Assembly (NCBI RefSeq): GCF_009834535.1
Contig: NC_045707.1
Location: 63,242,001 to 63,306,000, forward strand
Length of the DNA: 64,000 nucleotides
Source: Camelus ferus
Taxonomy: Eukaryota
Direction of reading: 5' to 3'
Part shown: positions 39,886-53,119 of the stretch, in pieces
Layout of the letters: the number at the start of each line of letters is the position of its first letter
How positions within the stretch are numbered: the stretch's first letter is position 1
Translations under genes and position numbers: made by a program
The notes under the pieces: generated by a model
Seen by the model: only the letters and a program-made list of their open reading frames with translations
Told to the model about the DNA's origin: nothing
Database searches by the model: none

Positions 39886-40291
39886 AAAAAAAATTTAAGT
39901 CATCATGATTACTTAACAAGTACTGTTTATTTAAATTTACCAACAGGTTTCCTAATTCCTTGCTTCACCATTGCTTCTTTCTTTCTAGGTTAAATTTTCT
40001 TCTTCCTGGGGTATATTCTTATACTCATTCTTTTCACAATGGTCTGTAAACAGAAAACTCTTTCCGTCCTTCTTTGCCTGAAAATGCCTGTATTTTGCCT
40101 TCACTCATACTTAGTAATTTGTCAGACTATGGAAGCCCAGTTAGGCCATGACTTCCTCTCAACGCTTGGAAAATACCCATCACACTGTCTAGGGGAATCT
40201 GCTTTCACTCATGAAAAGTCTACCTGTCATTCTTTCTTACCAGTCGATCTTTCTTTTCTCTCTGATTGCTTTCTTAAAACATGAAGTGTCA

Positions 40292-40332
40292 ATAAATCAA
40301 TAAAAAGTGTTAAAAAAAAAAAAACAAAAAAG
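40292..40332 (+). mobile_element. Ultra-short L1 tail insertion
   Basis: ataaatcaataaaaagtgtt plus poly(A), matching 61719-61745. 16-bp TSD aaaaca(t/c)gaagtgtca. Confidence 0.85.
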
Positions 40333-41849
40333 AAAACACGAAGTGTCAGAAAGAAGCAGAGCTAACAGTCTAATGAACTCTTGTATTACCAACTCCTAGA
40401 TTCAACAATTATCAAGAATTAGCTCCATCCGTATCTCTTTCTTTCTTCATTAAAATGTTTTAAGGGAAATCACAAACATTATGTCATTTCACCCATACCA
40501 TATACATCTCCAGAGCTAAGTGTATTTTTTTATGCAACCACAATGTCATGATACATCTTACAAAATGATATCCAGGTGCCTTTAAGGGTTTTTCCTAGAG
40601 TTTGTTGTTTCCTAGTTTTACCATGATGTTTCTGATGTGACTTTGCTTTTACTTAACCTGCTCAGATCACTTTTGATTACCCTTCTGCCTCAACACATGA
40701 TCGCAAATCCAACCCATCACCAAGCCCTTTTCATTTGTACCATTTTAATAGTCTTTTACTCCATCACTTTCGCCATATCCACTGCCATCCAAGTCATCTC
40801 CGCTCTCTCGACTTACTATAATAACTTCAAAACTTCTCACACCCATCCCTCCCCCTCTACATCCAACCTTCACAATGTAGGCACTGAAAGTGCTTTTTAG
40901 CATGCAAATTGGCTGATATAGTCTGTCTTCAAGCCTTCATTTCCTCTGAGGAAAAAGGTCTAGGAGGTCCACGTGGTCAGTCTCTAACCAGCTATGCATA
41001 AACTGTTCACTTAATCTTTTCCACCACACCCCGACCACTTCATAATTAACTTTTAATAATCTTTTCATTTCCCCAGCCCTTCCCCAGGGAAACTGTCCCT
41101 GGAATCCAAATCTAGATCAAAGTTTGGCTTCATTCTTTTTTTATAAGTTCTCAGAGAGAACACTTGGCACAATAGCAATTTTGCACCTTCAATTTTTTGA
41201 TGTGGTCATTTGCTAAATGTCAGTCTCCCTAGGAGAATACGAGTTCTGTAAAAGTACCTCATTGTACCCCAACATCTAGAAGAGGAATTGGCACAAAGCA
41301 GGAATTCAAATCAGTACTGGTCAAATGAATAAATGACTGAATGAATGAGTATCCAGGCATCCTTTCTCTGTGCTTCCACTCCAATCTGCAAAGTCCTGTC
41401 ATACAGTACTTCTCACACTTGACATTGTTAATAGTTTTCCACTCAGTCTCCTCAAACACATTATGAGCACCTAGGGGCCAGAAAATGTGTTTGATCCACT
41501 TCTGTATCTCCAGCAACTGTCCTAGTGCCTGTATATAATATACATGTAATTATAAAATAAGAAATTAGTAGCAGGACCCTAATTTTGATTGGCTCCCAGG
41601 CACATGGAACTGAGCTGATCATTCTTCTTAACTTACATATTCATTCTTCATTTCCATTTTATTTAACTGAGCACCTGTTAAACCCTAGGTACTGATTCAG
41701 ACTCACTCAAGGGACAGACCAATAAAACAGACTAGATTTTGGCCCACACTGAGTTTATGTCGAGTCATGTCTTCATCAGTGATCTGTGAAAGTTTCTTCT
41801 TCTGTTTTAGATTTGAATTTTATGATTGCCTCCTCCTTTATCCCCCATT

Positions 41850-42845
41850 TCCAAGGCCATTCCTCTCCCCTTGGTAACTACTCCTATGCACTTTCTCTGT
41901 GCTACCGTACTGTTTTCACATGTGACCATACCCAGTAAAACACAGTATGATGTATGTGTGTTTATTTTTTTGTAAATGGTATTATGTTGTAAACTCATTC
42001 TCTTTTTTTAACCTTGACTGTTTGCTCATTTAACTAATTTTAAGATCTCTCCATGTTATTAAATATAAAATCTAGTTAACTGTTTCCAAGCATTCCATAG
42101 TATACCATCCTATAAATATACCGAGGTATCCATCTCCCTTGAAAAGGACTCCTGTGGTACTTCCAACTCCCCACATCCCCAGCATCAATGCAACAAGCAT
42201 CCTAGTGATGTCTCCGTGTGCACTGCCTTGATAGTTTCTCTCTGGCGCACGCCCAAGAGAAGAACGACCAGGACATTAGGGTTAGTGTGCTCGGTTTCCC
42301 AAAGAATTACTGCTGCTCTCTGAAATGGCCGCACCAGCTTAGACTCCCACAAACAGTGGGAGAGGGCTCCCCTCATCTCCCCATCCTCACCAGCACTTGA
42401 TGTTATCTGATTTGCACATCCTGGAAGATCTGATTGTTGTAAGATAGTATTTGGATATTACCTTAATACAAATTCCTCCGATAACTAGTGAGACTCAGTA
42501 TCCATCTACATGTGAGAGATCAGTATCCAAGGAGTTATAAGTACATTATTAACTGCTCTGTGACTCAGTTGCTTCTTCTGTAAAGTGGGGATGATAATAA
42601 TACTTCTATTATGGAGAATTAAATGGTTAAGAATTAAGCACCAAGAAAAAAAAAAAAACCTAGCACAAAGAAGTGCTCAGTAAATGTTGGCTGGCTATTT
42701 CTCTAATTATTTACCATTATTTTCATTCACATATCCTCATCTGTAAATTGCCCATTTCTATCCTTTAATAATTTTTCTTCTGTATTTCCTTTCTGGTTTA
42801 CATGAGCCTCTTGTATGTCCTGGATATCAATCCTTTGCAAATGTT
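41850..42845 (-). mobile_element. Old L1M 3' region, with a MIR fragment at about 42550-42700
   Basis: gcattccatagtataccat; catcctcaccagcacttgat; MIR core ctcagttgcttcttctgtaaagtggggat. Confidence 0.65.
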
Positions 42846-43899
42846 TTTCAATGAATAAGTGAATGAGTGATCAGAGATTAAACATGCCAGTTTTGTCTCA
42901 TCGAACTCCAACTATTTGCTCTCTCTGCTCACTGCCTTGCTGGGTCATTTTTGTGAACACAATGTTGAATCTCAATGTATTTTTAATATAGGCAATACAT
43001 TTTAAATAAAATTTAATTTATATTCCATTTTTCTGAGTCAATAACACACAAATTCACAATTGCAGGAGGAAACATCCTAACTCCACAGTGAAAAAGTCAA
43101 ACAATTCTATTTGTGGGTTTTATTGGGCAATTTTTTTTTTAGAAAAGTAGAAAGATGGCACAAAGAACTATAGATTCCGTCAAATCTTCTCATAGATAAG
43201 TACTTAGTCTCAATTTCGAATTCATCATTCAACTAGAACAATTCATAAGATGGGCTTGCAAAATAATTTTCTGCAAGATCACCAAAGAAATTTTTTATCA
43301 CTGTTAAGGGGCCACTTTTAATAAAATTCTTAGTAATCATTTAGAAATATTACACCAAAAAAATCTTAGAAAACTTCCAAGTAGAGCACCAATAAACGTT
43401 TGATAAGAATTAGCATTTAACTAAAATCTATGTGAGGAACCCCAAAGTTTGTGACTGTTTTTTTAGCAACTCAAAACCACACAGAAATCAAGAGCAAACC
43501 CCTCAGCTCAGATCTACTTAGGGAGTCTATAACTACCATATCTTATTTTTAAGCTGAGATGCAAAAGTATCAGGAAAGAAAAAAGTAATTTCTCCATCTT
43601 GAAAGAGTACAATTTACATAAAATTGAGGGGGTTGGGGAGGGATCGCACTTAAATAAAAAGTGGGATAATGACCAGTCACCACCACTTCCACATGCCACC
43701 CGGACAGCTTCTAATAACTGAGGCTGCTGTACGTTTTTAAATTTTTAACAGAAAGGTTAGGTGATGTAGATAAGAATTCACTCGACAGAAAAGGCATTCT
43801 GGTGAACAGTAACCTGTTCAGTAAGAATTAGTAAGACTCTAAGTAAAACAGACATCATTAAGAAAAAGTTGGTCAAATCTCTTTTTTCCTAATTCCAAA

Positions 43900-44560
43900 G
43901 TGGATACGGCAGATGCATTTAGTTTATGTTTCATGAACATCCTTAGATTCCGGAGTTACAATGACGAGCAAAAGCTCACAACATCCCTAGTGGTTATGAC
44001 ACAGCAGGGGAGACAAATGTTAATTTTAAAATCACACGAAGGTGGAATTATTCTGAAGGATAGGACCGTGGTCAATGTCATTATGAAAGCCTATCATAAA
44101 AGCATCTGACCTAGTCTGAAAGATCAGAGAAAGCTTCCCTGAGCCAACATCTGTAGGGAGAGGATGAGTTAAATTGGTGAAAGGTACAGCATGTTCAAAA
44201 CCGTAAGAGAATGCAGGAAAGCCCACAGCTACAGCTGGGCTGGAGAGTATAAGAGAGATGCAAGATAAAGGTGGGAGGAAAAAACACGGGTGTCCAGAAG
44301 GTGCCTGGCTATTTGGCTGTCTCAGGTGTTTAATCTGTAGGTAAAATGGAAAGCTACTGCTGGGCTTTAAGAAAGGAGGCTCCAATGGAGAGAATGACTT
44401 GGGGGAACAACAAGAATGGGAACCAATTATAAAAAATGTTTCTATAGTCCAGGTGAGAGACAAGAGTAACTTGAAATGAGGTGGCAGCGATAGAGATGAA
44501 AAGAGGAGCCGGGACTCTAGAGATACTAAAGAGGCAAAATCAATAAAATGAGATAGGAAA
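43900..44560 (-). mobile_element. L2 fragment
   Basis: tcagagaaagcttccctgag; atagtccaggtgagagac. Confidence 0.6.
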
Positions 44561-45549
44561 GGACAGATGCAACAAAAGCCCCTTTCAAAATTTCTCCAAG
44601 AATCTTTCCAGGCATTGTACGGCTTTCTCTATTACGGCAGTCAGTTGGTCACATCCCTGCAAGTTAAAAAGGAACTACACTTTTGCAACTGTTTGGACTC
44701 CCAGGCAGAATTTTTCATACATCCATTTAGGAAATAGTTTCAGCGTCATTTACGAGAAAGAACAGTTTTCGCTGTAGATATTCCATAATTTACACTTCTG
44801 GTAGCTTGGCAGAACTAATTTGCCACACCAACGTATGATCCTGTTTAACCCGGTGGGACGTAAGTTATTTTCATTGCTGTTAACTTTGCCGGCTTCCTCA
44901 GCACGTCTGATTGTCACACAGAGGATGCCTACTTCCCAGGGCTTCATTCCTTTCTAAGGATTTGTTCCAGTTTATGAAATATTTTATCTGAAAAACCTGT
45001 AGAAAATTAGAAAAATGTCTAACCTTTTCCTCTAGATCTTCTATTAGTTGAACAAGGTGTGGATGGCAGAAATACAAAACATGCTTAAAGGGTTTGCCAC
45101 AATTTTTCCTTCAAGTTCCCAGTCAGTTGCATGCAAAGGGCATACTCCTACTTGGCTAGGTTTGGATTCTTTTATTACAGACTCTCACAGTAACACTGAC
45201 CATCACCCTCCCCTTCAGAGTAATTTCGCCTTCGTGTGATTCTAAAATTAACATTCGTCTCCTTTGCTAAGCCATAACCACTACGGATGCTTTGAGTTTT
45301 TGCCATGTTCTCGCCCAATTGGACTATCAGATTTATTTGTTAACAACCATTCACATATTCTGAACACACACCCATTTTTAACTTTTAGAATATTATCTGT
45401 CCTCTCATTTTTCTACCAAACCTCATTTCTTATGAGCAATTTCAATAAGAGTTTGGTACTTAGAAGATCAAAACCAAGCCAAGTAGAACTAGCCATCATC
45501 AACCACCTGCTGGAATTCTGGGCCCGTATGTCAGCAGAAGAAGGCACTG

Positions 45550-45770
45550 GTTGAAAACATGGACTTTGGTATCAATCTGATACTCTGCCGCTTACTAGCT
45601 ATATGGCCTCGGGCAAGTTATTCAACCCACAAAAGCCTCCATTTCCTATACAAAAGAAGAGTATAATAAAATATGTTAGGTTCTATGTTGTACGATGTAG
45701 TATATAATGTGCTGGGGGGGAAAGCATCAAGTGTTTGGCACAGAGAGAAGTAGGGGCGTTATTGTCACGA
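45550..45770 (+). mobile_element. MIR SINE
   Basis: ctctgccgcttactagctat.tggcctcgggcaagttattcaacc. Confidence 0.75.
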
Positions 45771-46199
45771 CCACTGCTGTCATCATTATGTTTCCTGTTT
45801 TCCTCCAGCCATGGCCATTCACCAGAGAAGGAGGGATGTTTAAGGTGGAAAGGCTGTGCCAATGTTCTGTGTCTTGGCAACTGAAAGATACAAGACTGAG
45901 TAAGTCATATAGCAATTAACAATGAATTCAAAGAACTGGGTATGTTCAGCAAGAATACATGGAGAGAGAAGGTATAGGGTGATACTTGCATATGTGTCTG
46001 TTGAGTAGGTTAAATAAATGAGTAAGTTGTTGTTTCAAAGAAAAAAGTACATGGAGCATGGGAAATAGCATATACCCTCCATCAAAGAAAAAAGATGACA
46101 GCACAGACTTGAATCCAGTATCTCTGGCTTTGGGTACCTTTTAGACTTGTGTGAGAGGAAGCATAGTCTTGTTTATAACTAACATGGGGCATGAGAAAT

Positions 46200-46350
46200 G
46201 TATGGTAGCTATTCCCATTTTACAGATCAGGCAATTAAGGCTCAGAGAAGGGACTCGTTGACAATCACATATCCAGGGAAAACACAGGTGCAGACCTAAA
46301 CCAGATTTCCTCACTCCACAGTCAACTTCAAAGTGCCCTTCTTACTACAC
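46200..46350 (-). mobile_element. MIR SINE
   Basis: cccattttacagat.agg.aa.t.aggctcagaga. Confidence 0.75.
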
Positions 46351-46436
46351 CAAGGTCAATCCCAAGGCCACACAGCTTGGACTTCTTTGACCAAAGTTGC
46401 ACATGCAATTTAGTTACAGTCACAAATTACCATCCT

Positions 46437-46606
46437 CATCAATCCTGAGTACCTCCATTTTTAAAAAAAGTAAATAAATTTAAAAAATAAATAAACCCAA
46501 TTACCTTCTCCCCAAAAATAAAAATAAATACAAAAAATGAACAGCAGCATAAAAAGGGAAAGAAGTATGTTTTAAATTTTTTTAATTTTTTTAATTAAAA
46601 AAAGTG
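46437..46606 (+). mobile_element. 5'-truncated Vic-1-like SINE
   Basis: caatcctgagtacctcc...aattacct...aaaataaaa...aagtatgtttt matches the 3' half of the SINE at 14783. Possible TSD core accatcct. Confidence 0.65.
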
Positions 46607-48082
46607 ACCATCCTTAACAATAAATAACCAGATATTGTTAGACTTCATCGTAAAGTGAACAGGGTCTCCTACTCAGGACACTGTAAGAGTATGTATTTGT
46701 CTACAAGCCAAAAAAAAGCCGAAGGAGCCAAAAAGCATGCCAACAACCTTTTAAGGAAATTCTCTTACTAAAAGTAAAACAGAAAAGAAACAACGAAACA
46801 TGTTTGCATTCATTGTTCCCAGACATCAAATAAAGTCACTCTGATGACAGCATTTCTAGTGATACTCCTTTCAAGATTGCCATACAATGCTTAGAAAATT
46901 TCAGAAGCATAAAGGACACCTATTTGTCTAATAAGGCCAATAAAATAATAAAACCACACAGATCAGAAATAAAACTACATATTTCCTATGATGATTGCAG
47001 AATATTTGTATGAGCAAATGAATTTCTGATGTGTATGGTTAGCATTTTTAGGAATGCAAAGATATCCATAGAAAAAATGGTCAAAATGCATGCTTAGCTA
47101 AACTCAACTTTTATGTATGAGAAATCATAACTACGGTATAAAATCCATAGTAGAAATGAAACAGGATTATATCACTGACGATTGCTAATATTAATGGACC
47201 AGAGGGGACTACATTCCCTGAAGCTAAACATGTCAGAAGGGAAAGACATACAATTCAGCTCGAAAAAGCAAAATCCATTAACCATGAAATAGGGAAACAA
47301 AAAATCAAACTTTCCATATACCATATCCTACTGGAAAAAAATTTATTAGCAAAAAAGACCTCTACTACACAAAATGTTCTCACCTTAAAAAGAATATAAA
47401 AATAAATGATTTAAAGTCAAGAAAAATTCCAGAAAATTTATACAGTTAATATTATTTTGGCTACATAGATCCATCAAAGTACCAACATACTTCTCTGAAT
47501 GTACAGATCTCAAAAGAATGTATGTTGATTGAAGTGCACTTAAATATATTCTTTTTTGTTTAAGAAATGTATCATTTTGACTGCTACAAATTTGACGTGA
47601 AGTGTTCCAAGTTTTTGTTTCCATTGTGAAATTAAGCCAAACAACATCCAAGCTGGAAAAGAAGTCCTAGCCTATCTAATAGGAAGAGTAGGAAAAATAA
47701 GAGAGATATGGCTCCTTCAGTATACATAAATTTGCTATGATGAATAATGGCTAAAATAATCTTTTAAAAATGCCGCACTTCAAAAAAGAACACAACGATT
47801 TTAATCCTAAAGAGTTCTTCACATAGCAGGACTCCCAAGTGAAAAAGATCAATGCCATTGTCAGTCATCAGAGTAACTAATCATTTCACCAGTGGTCCAG
47901 GGTGATGCAGAAGAGAGATGGTATACACACATGAAGAATTAAACCAGCAAACAAAGGCCCTTCTACTGCTCCAGTGGGATAAAAGAAGTAAATTCCAAGC
48001 TGAACGACACACATAAACTTTTAAAAAGTTGCACAACTCCCTAAAGTGCAAGTCTTTACTCACGCAAACAATAAAGCATTTG

Positions 48083-48640
48083 CGTGGGCAGCCTCTCTAA
48101 GATGCTCTCCAATGATGCCTGCCTGCTGGTAATCATCGTCTCGTGTCATCACTTCCTCTTGGGTATTAGCTACACCTGGCAACATGCTGCTCATGGGCAA
48201 ATATGGCAAAAGTAATGGGATGTCAATTCCAAGATTGGGTTACAAAAGATTGTGACTTCTGTCTTGTATGCTGCCTGGCCCATCTAGCTTGCTCGTTTTC
48301 ATCAAGCCAACTTTCCTGTTGTGAGTTGCCCTATGGAGAGGCCCCCAGGACAAAGAACTGAGAGCAGCCTCTAGCCAACACCAACAAGGAACTGAAGCCC
48401 TTAGTCCAACAACCCAACCAAGAACTGAACCCTACCAACAATCATGGCGGTAGCTTGGAAGTAGCTCCGCCCCCATTAAGCCTTGAGAAGATGGCAGCCT
48501 CATGAGATACCTTGAGCCAGAGGACCCAGTTATACTGTCCACACCAGGGACCCACAGAAACTGTGAAGATAATACACGCTGTTATTCTAAGCCACCAAAT
48601 TTTAGAGGTAATTTTGTTACACAGCAAAAAGTAACATACA
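48083..48640 (+). mobile_element. MLT1F-type MaLR LTR
   Basis: gttgtgagttgccctatggagaggccc...aagaactgag.gcagcctctagccaaca...ttgttacacagcaa. Confidence 0.8.
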
Positions 48641-48812
48641 ATATTCAACAAAAATAACACCTTAATGACTTCATCTTTGAAGAAATATATTACTGATTTT
48701 AGAATGGAAAGATCCTTGTTTTCACCCCAACTCTTATTCCTCAGTTCTGGGACTTCAGTGTCTCTCATTTAGACTTGTCTCCTTGCTTCAAGCTCTGTCC
48801 CTCTGTTATCCA

Positions 48813-49236
48813 TGTGTTATGAGTTTAGGTCCCTCAAACATTCGTATGTTGAAGTACTAACCCTCAGAATGTGACCTTATTTGGAAAAAAGGTCATTGCA
48901 GATGTAATTAATTAAGATGAGGTCATATTGCAATAGGTGGGTTGGCCCCTAATCCGATGTGACTGGTGTTCCTATAAAAAGGGGAAATTTGGACACACAC
49001 ACACACACAGAATGTCCCATGAGACCAGAGTTAAGCTGCCACAAGCCTAGGAGCTACCAGAAGCTAAGAGAGAGGCTTAAAGCATATTCTTTGCTGGCAC
49101 CTTCAGAGGGTGCGCTGCCCTTCTGACACCTTAAACTCAGACTTCTAGCCTCCAGAACTGTGAGACAATAAATGTCTGTTGTTTGAGATATTCAGTTTGT
49201 GATATTTCATTATAGCAGCCCTAGCAAATGAATATA
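48813..49236 (+). mobile_element. MLT1B/C-type MaLR LTR
   Basis: cctcagaatgtgaccttatttggaaa..aggtcattgcagatgtaatta...agcctccagaactgtgagacaataaa. Confidence 0.85.
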
Positions 49237-50321
49237 TCATCTTCTACACAGCTTGCCAAGGAGATCTGCTTGAAATATGAACCTCACCACGTCATAACGT
49301 CTATCCATTCATTTATTCAATAAATACATACTCAGTACCTCCTACATGAAAGGCTCTGAGTTAGGTACTAGATATTCAGCAGTAAACAAGAAATACAGCT
49401 GCAACACAGCTGAAGGATGAATTAACATAAGTATGTCCCTCTTAGAGGAACAATTAGACAAAAGTACAACACAGGAGCAGACACATCCGTTGGTTTTATC
49501 TGGGTGGAAGAATTACGTTTAAGGGTGTGCCAGCTGGATTTCAGCCTGCATTTCCACCCTCTTGGCTGGATGCTTTTCCAAGAAGACAACTCACACAGTC
49601 ATTAAAGGCAGACCTGAGTAAAGACCTCTACTTCTCAACCCTCACAGCTCCTTCAAAACTTAGATCCCTCCATGACTCTCCATCACCTCCTTGTTGGGGA
49701 TATGCAACCCAGGATCTCACGCTCAAACAGCCTGGGGAGTGGTTGGCAGGAGCCGGCTCCTACCATAGGTCTCAAAGTCCACCAAATGACCCATAACAGA
49801 AAGGAGAATGATAGAATCTTTTAAAGGTCTCCCGACAGCAGATCACCCCAGGCATGAAATTTCTGTTCTGTGAGGCATTTTATTTGAAAAATAAATGCAA
49901 ATTTTACATACTACTCTGTGATATATTCATTCTTATTTTAATAGAAAAACAATGGATTTTCCTCTCAAACATCTGGGTAAAACTGATATTGTACCAAGAT
50001 GTGTTGGGCTAATTTCATAGTTTCAACTGAAGAATGCTCATCATATGTATTTGAGAAGTACAGAGAGCAAACTAGAAAGTGTCCTCGATCTGGCCTCAGG
50101 ATTATCTTTCAATGTGAGGTACCAGGGCTTCCACTCCGGCCCCCTGCTTTTGAGGGCCTCTCTCTTCCTCTCCTTCAGCTGAGTCTCTCCCCAGGGGATG
50201 AAGAACCCTTGGAGCCCAAGGGGTGGGACAAGGTGGAGCCCACACAACCCCCAACCCCACTGACAACAGACCAAGCTCCTGATACCCGAGAATCCAGAAT
50301 TCCATATCTAATCAGCCCAGA

Positions 50322-50700
50322 CAGTGGTGTTCTGGAAATGGCTCCTACTGGTTCACAGAAATCCATTGTTAAATTTTTAGAAATTTTGCCTGCGTAGCCT
50401 GAAGTTGGCCATGGTAACATTACTTACATCTCAAAAATCAGCAAACGTTAAAAATCAGGACTTGACTTATTGTTTTCTCGATTCTTTAGGCATAAGAAAG
50501 TGGCGGAGAAGATGTTAATAATGCAGATTAAACTCAGAAATGTGTTGTGTCTCTAGACATTACACATAGGCACAAAAAAATTATAGAGACATTTGTTTAG
50601 TATTCAAAAACTATTATATAATTTAGCAAAGAAGTCACCCATGTCATTGAGGAGAGAGTAAAGTTCCACTTCATTGTTTCACTTTCATTGTACTCATTAA
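50322..50700. mobile_element. MER63-like hAT-Blackjack element
   Basis: cagtggtgttctgga...ggctc.tactggttcac...attgttaaattttt. The right boundary is uncertain. Confidence 0.6.
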
Positions 50701-50867
50701 TATAAATAAAAATGTCAACCACCATGCACGTAGGAACTGTACTCAGGAAGGTAGTTGTTACCTCTTCACACACTACTTGGCCCAGAACCCATTTCCAAGG
50801 CCAACACTGGGCTGTTCTTTGACCCTTCCTCCCAAGAGTGGACCACGCTACCTGGGGTGTGCACCTG

Positions 50868-51347
50868 TGTTGCCAGAGGATAGGTTTTTGCCTCATGCAG
50901 GAAAGAATTCAAGAGCGAGGCATAGCAAAGTGAAAGCAAGTTTATTTAGAGAGATACACACTCCACAGAGTGTGGTCCGTCTCCCTGAGAAGGGAGAGCG
51001 GCTTAGGAGATACACACTCCATGGGCAGAATGCAGCCATCTCAGAAGGCAAGAGAGTGACCACGGGGTGCAGGGTTGTTAGTTTTTATGGGCTCAGTAAT
51101 TTCATATACTAACGAATAGGAGGATTAGTCCAATTATGTTGGAGAAGGGGCAGGGAATTCCAGAAATTGGGCCCCGCCCACCTTTTGACCTTTTATGGCC
51201 GGCCTAGGAACTGTGGGTATGCTATGAGGCTCAAGGTCCACCGGAAGTCAAATCTTCCGCCATCTTGGTTCTAACCAGTTTGTTTTGTCCTCAGCGGCTA
51301 TGTCATTCCTTCCATGGTTGGGGCCTGACCCCTTCCCTCTTGTCTCA
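50868..51347 (-). mobile_element. ERV1-class solo LTR
   Basis: TG...CA termini, 4-bp TSD cctg (50864-50867, 51348-51351), and a reverse poly(A) signal gtttatt at about 50940. Confidence 0.85.
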
Positions 51348-51809
51348 CCTGTAGAGACAGATGGGCAGCCCAGGGTGTTCACCTATAGGCAAGGTGTCCC
51401 TCGTGGTGCTTGCCCAAGCCAGGAGTGGGCAAACAAAAGGACTGCAGCTGGTCAGAGCTTTGCAACGGGGACTTGAGCTTGGCTCCCGCTTGTACTCCGA
51501 CCCAGTTCCACATGGATTAGAGGCAGTCCAGACTCCATTCCACTCTCTCTGATTATCTTGCCTTGTGGATGCCAGCAGCACCAGACTGCTTGCAATTCCC
51601 CACACCCCCCCACGCCATGGTGTTCTCACCAACAAGCCCTTGCTGGTGTTGCCAACTTGCATGGGAGGCACCTTTATTTCCATCATCCTATCACTAGAAA
51701 CCAACCCAGGGTCTAGCACACAGTAGGACTGGAAAGTTTGACTTACTTAACAAATAAATTTTATGGGCACTAGTACTTGATCCGTTACTTATTATCTATG
51801 TGGCATTAA

Positions 51810-52080
51810 TTAAGGTCTTTAGGCTTCAGTTTCCTTAGTAGTGAGAATAAATCTCACCCTGCTGTAAAGATTAAATAAGATATTATATGTGATATCTATG
51901 GAAAGATTTATTAAGCACCTAGTTGCTAGGCACTGTGCTTCGTGCTTCACACAGACCGTCTCATTTTAATCCTCTCAGACTTCAACATTAGGAGGTAGGT
52001 ACTATTGTTAAGCCCACTTTAGAAAGGCAGGAACTGAGGCTTAAGAAATTATGTTCACATAATAGGTCTCAAATAATAGC
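51810..52080. mobile_element. Adjacent MIR fragments in opposite orientations
   Basis: cttcagtttcctt...aagattaaataaga (+) and tttattaagcac...gaactgaggcttaaga (-). Confidence 0.65.
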
Positions 52081-52869
52081 TTTCATCTACTCCTACAGAA
52101 AGCAATAATATATTTGGGTCAGTATTTAACCTGCAATAAATTCCAACAAAGAAGTTATTAAAAATTAATAAAGAAGCAGCTCACCTAATCTGATCATACG
52201 TTTAGTAAATCTTACACTGAGAGCAAATATTAGTGAGTCCAATGAAAACAAATTATAAAAAAGTAATCAATACAGTCAGAGGAGATGAATATGGTTCTAT
52301 TGTAAAGTAGCTTTAGATAGATAATACCAACAGTCACAAAGTAAGTTTTCAATGAAAACAACATAATATAAATGATTTACGACAAGTTATAAACTAGCCG
52401 GTGGTTCTCCAGCCCTGAGAAGGGCTCTCTCCTTTTAGAATCAATGAGCAAGAAGACACTTTAGGAAGCTGAATCCTTTTTTTTTTTTTTTTTTTGATCC
52501 TTTAAGTCTCTCTGTACCATAACCTTAGTCATACTACTTGTTCTTTTGCTTCCAAAAAAAAACCTCTAAGAGAGGATATTCATTAAGAAGAGCATCAACC
52601 ATCAGATGTGAACTACCTTAAATAACTGGCACTGACAACTCTTGGCGCAACAAGCAGAAGGCTACCGAAAATTAAATTGAAAGTAACAGATAATCATGTT
52701 GACAATTACACCTGGCCTAGGACAAGAAAACCTGGGCTGCTGTGGACCTAATGTAAACCTTAATATTTAAATTTGCAAATTAGTACATATGTGGAGAAGA
52801 GACTTCCTCTGATTTCTTCTTTGAACCATTCATGTTGACATCCCCAATATGTGTTATTTAAACAGCACA

Positions 52870-53095
52870 GGGACGAAGAGCATAGACGGGAAAGCCTGAC
52901 TGCTTGGACTGGAATCCTGACTCCGACAGTTATCAGCTGTGTTATATAACCTCCTTGTTCCACAGCCCGTTCACCTACAAAATGGAGACAGAAATAAAAC
53001 CCATCTCATGGGGCATCAGTAGTGTTATATGTAAAGCACTTTGAACAATGCCTGGCACATCGCAAATGCTATACGTTGGCTGTGATTACTAGCAT
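52870..53095 (+). mobile_element. MIR SINE
   Basis: atgtaaagcactttgaacaatgcctggcaca. Confidence 0.75.
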
Positions 53096-53119
53096 TATCA
53101 TTGACATTAAATAATGTCT

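Larger units (their letters stand above)
35620..40275 (-). mobile_element. Fragmented old L1 (L1M-type), with younger nested insertions
   Basis: T-rich reverse L1 ORF2 remnants (atttacatcccaccagcaatgtatg; taatttgcat...gatgttgagca; aaggaaattcccttctatt). Confidence 0.75.
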
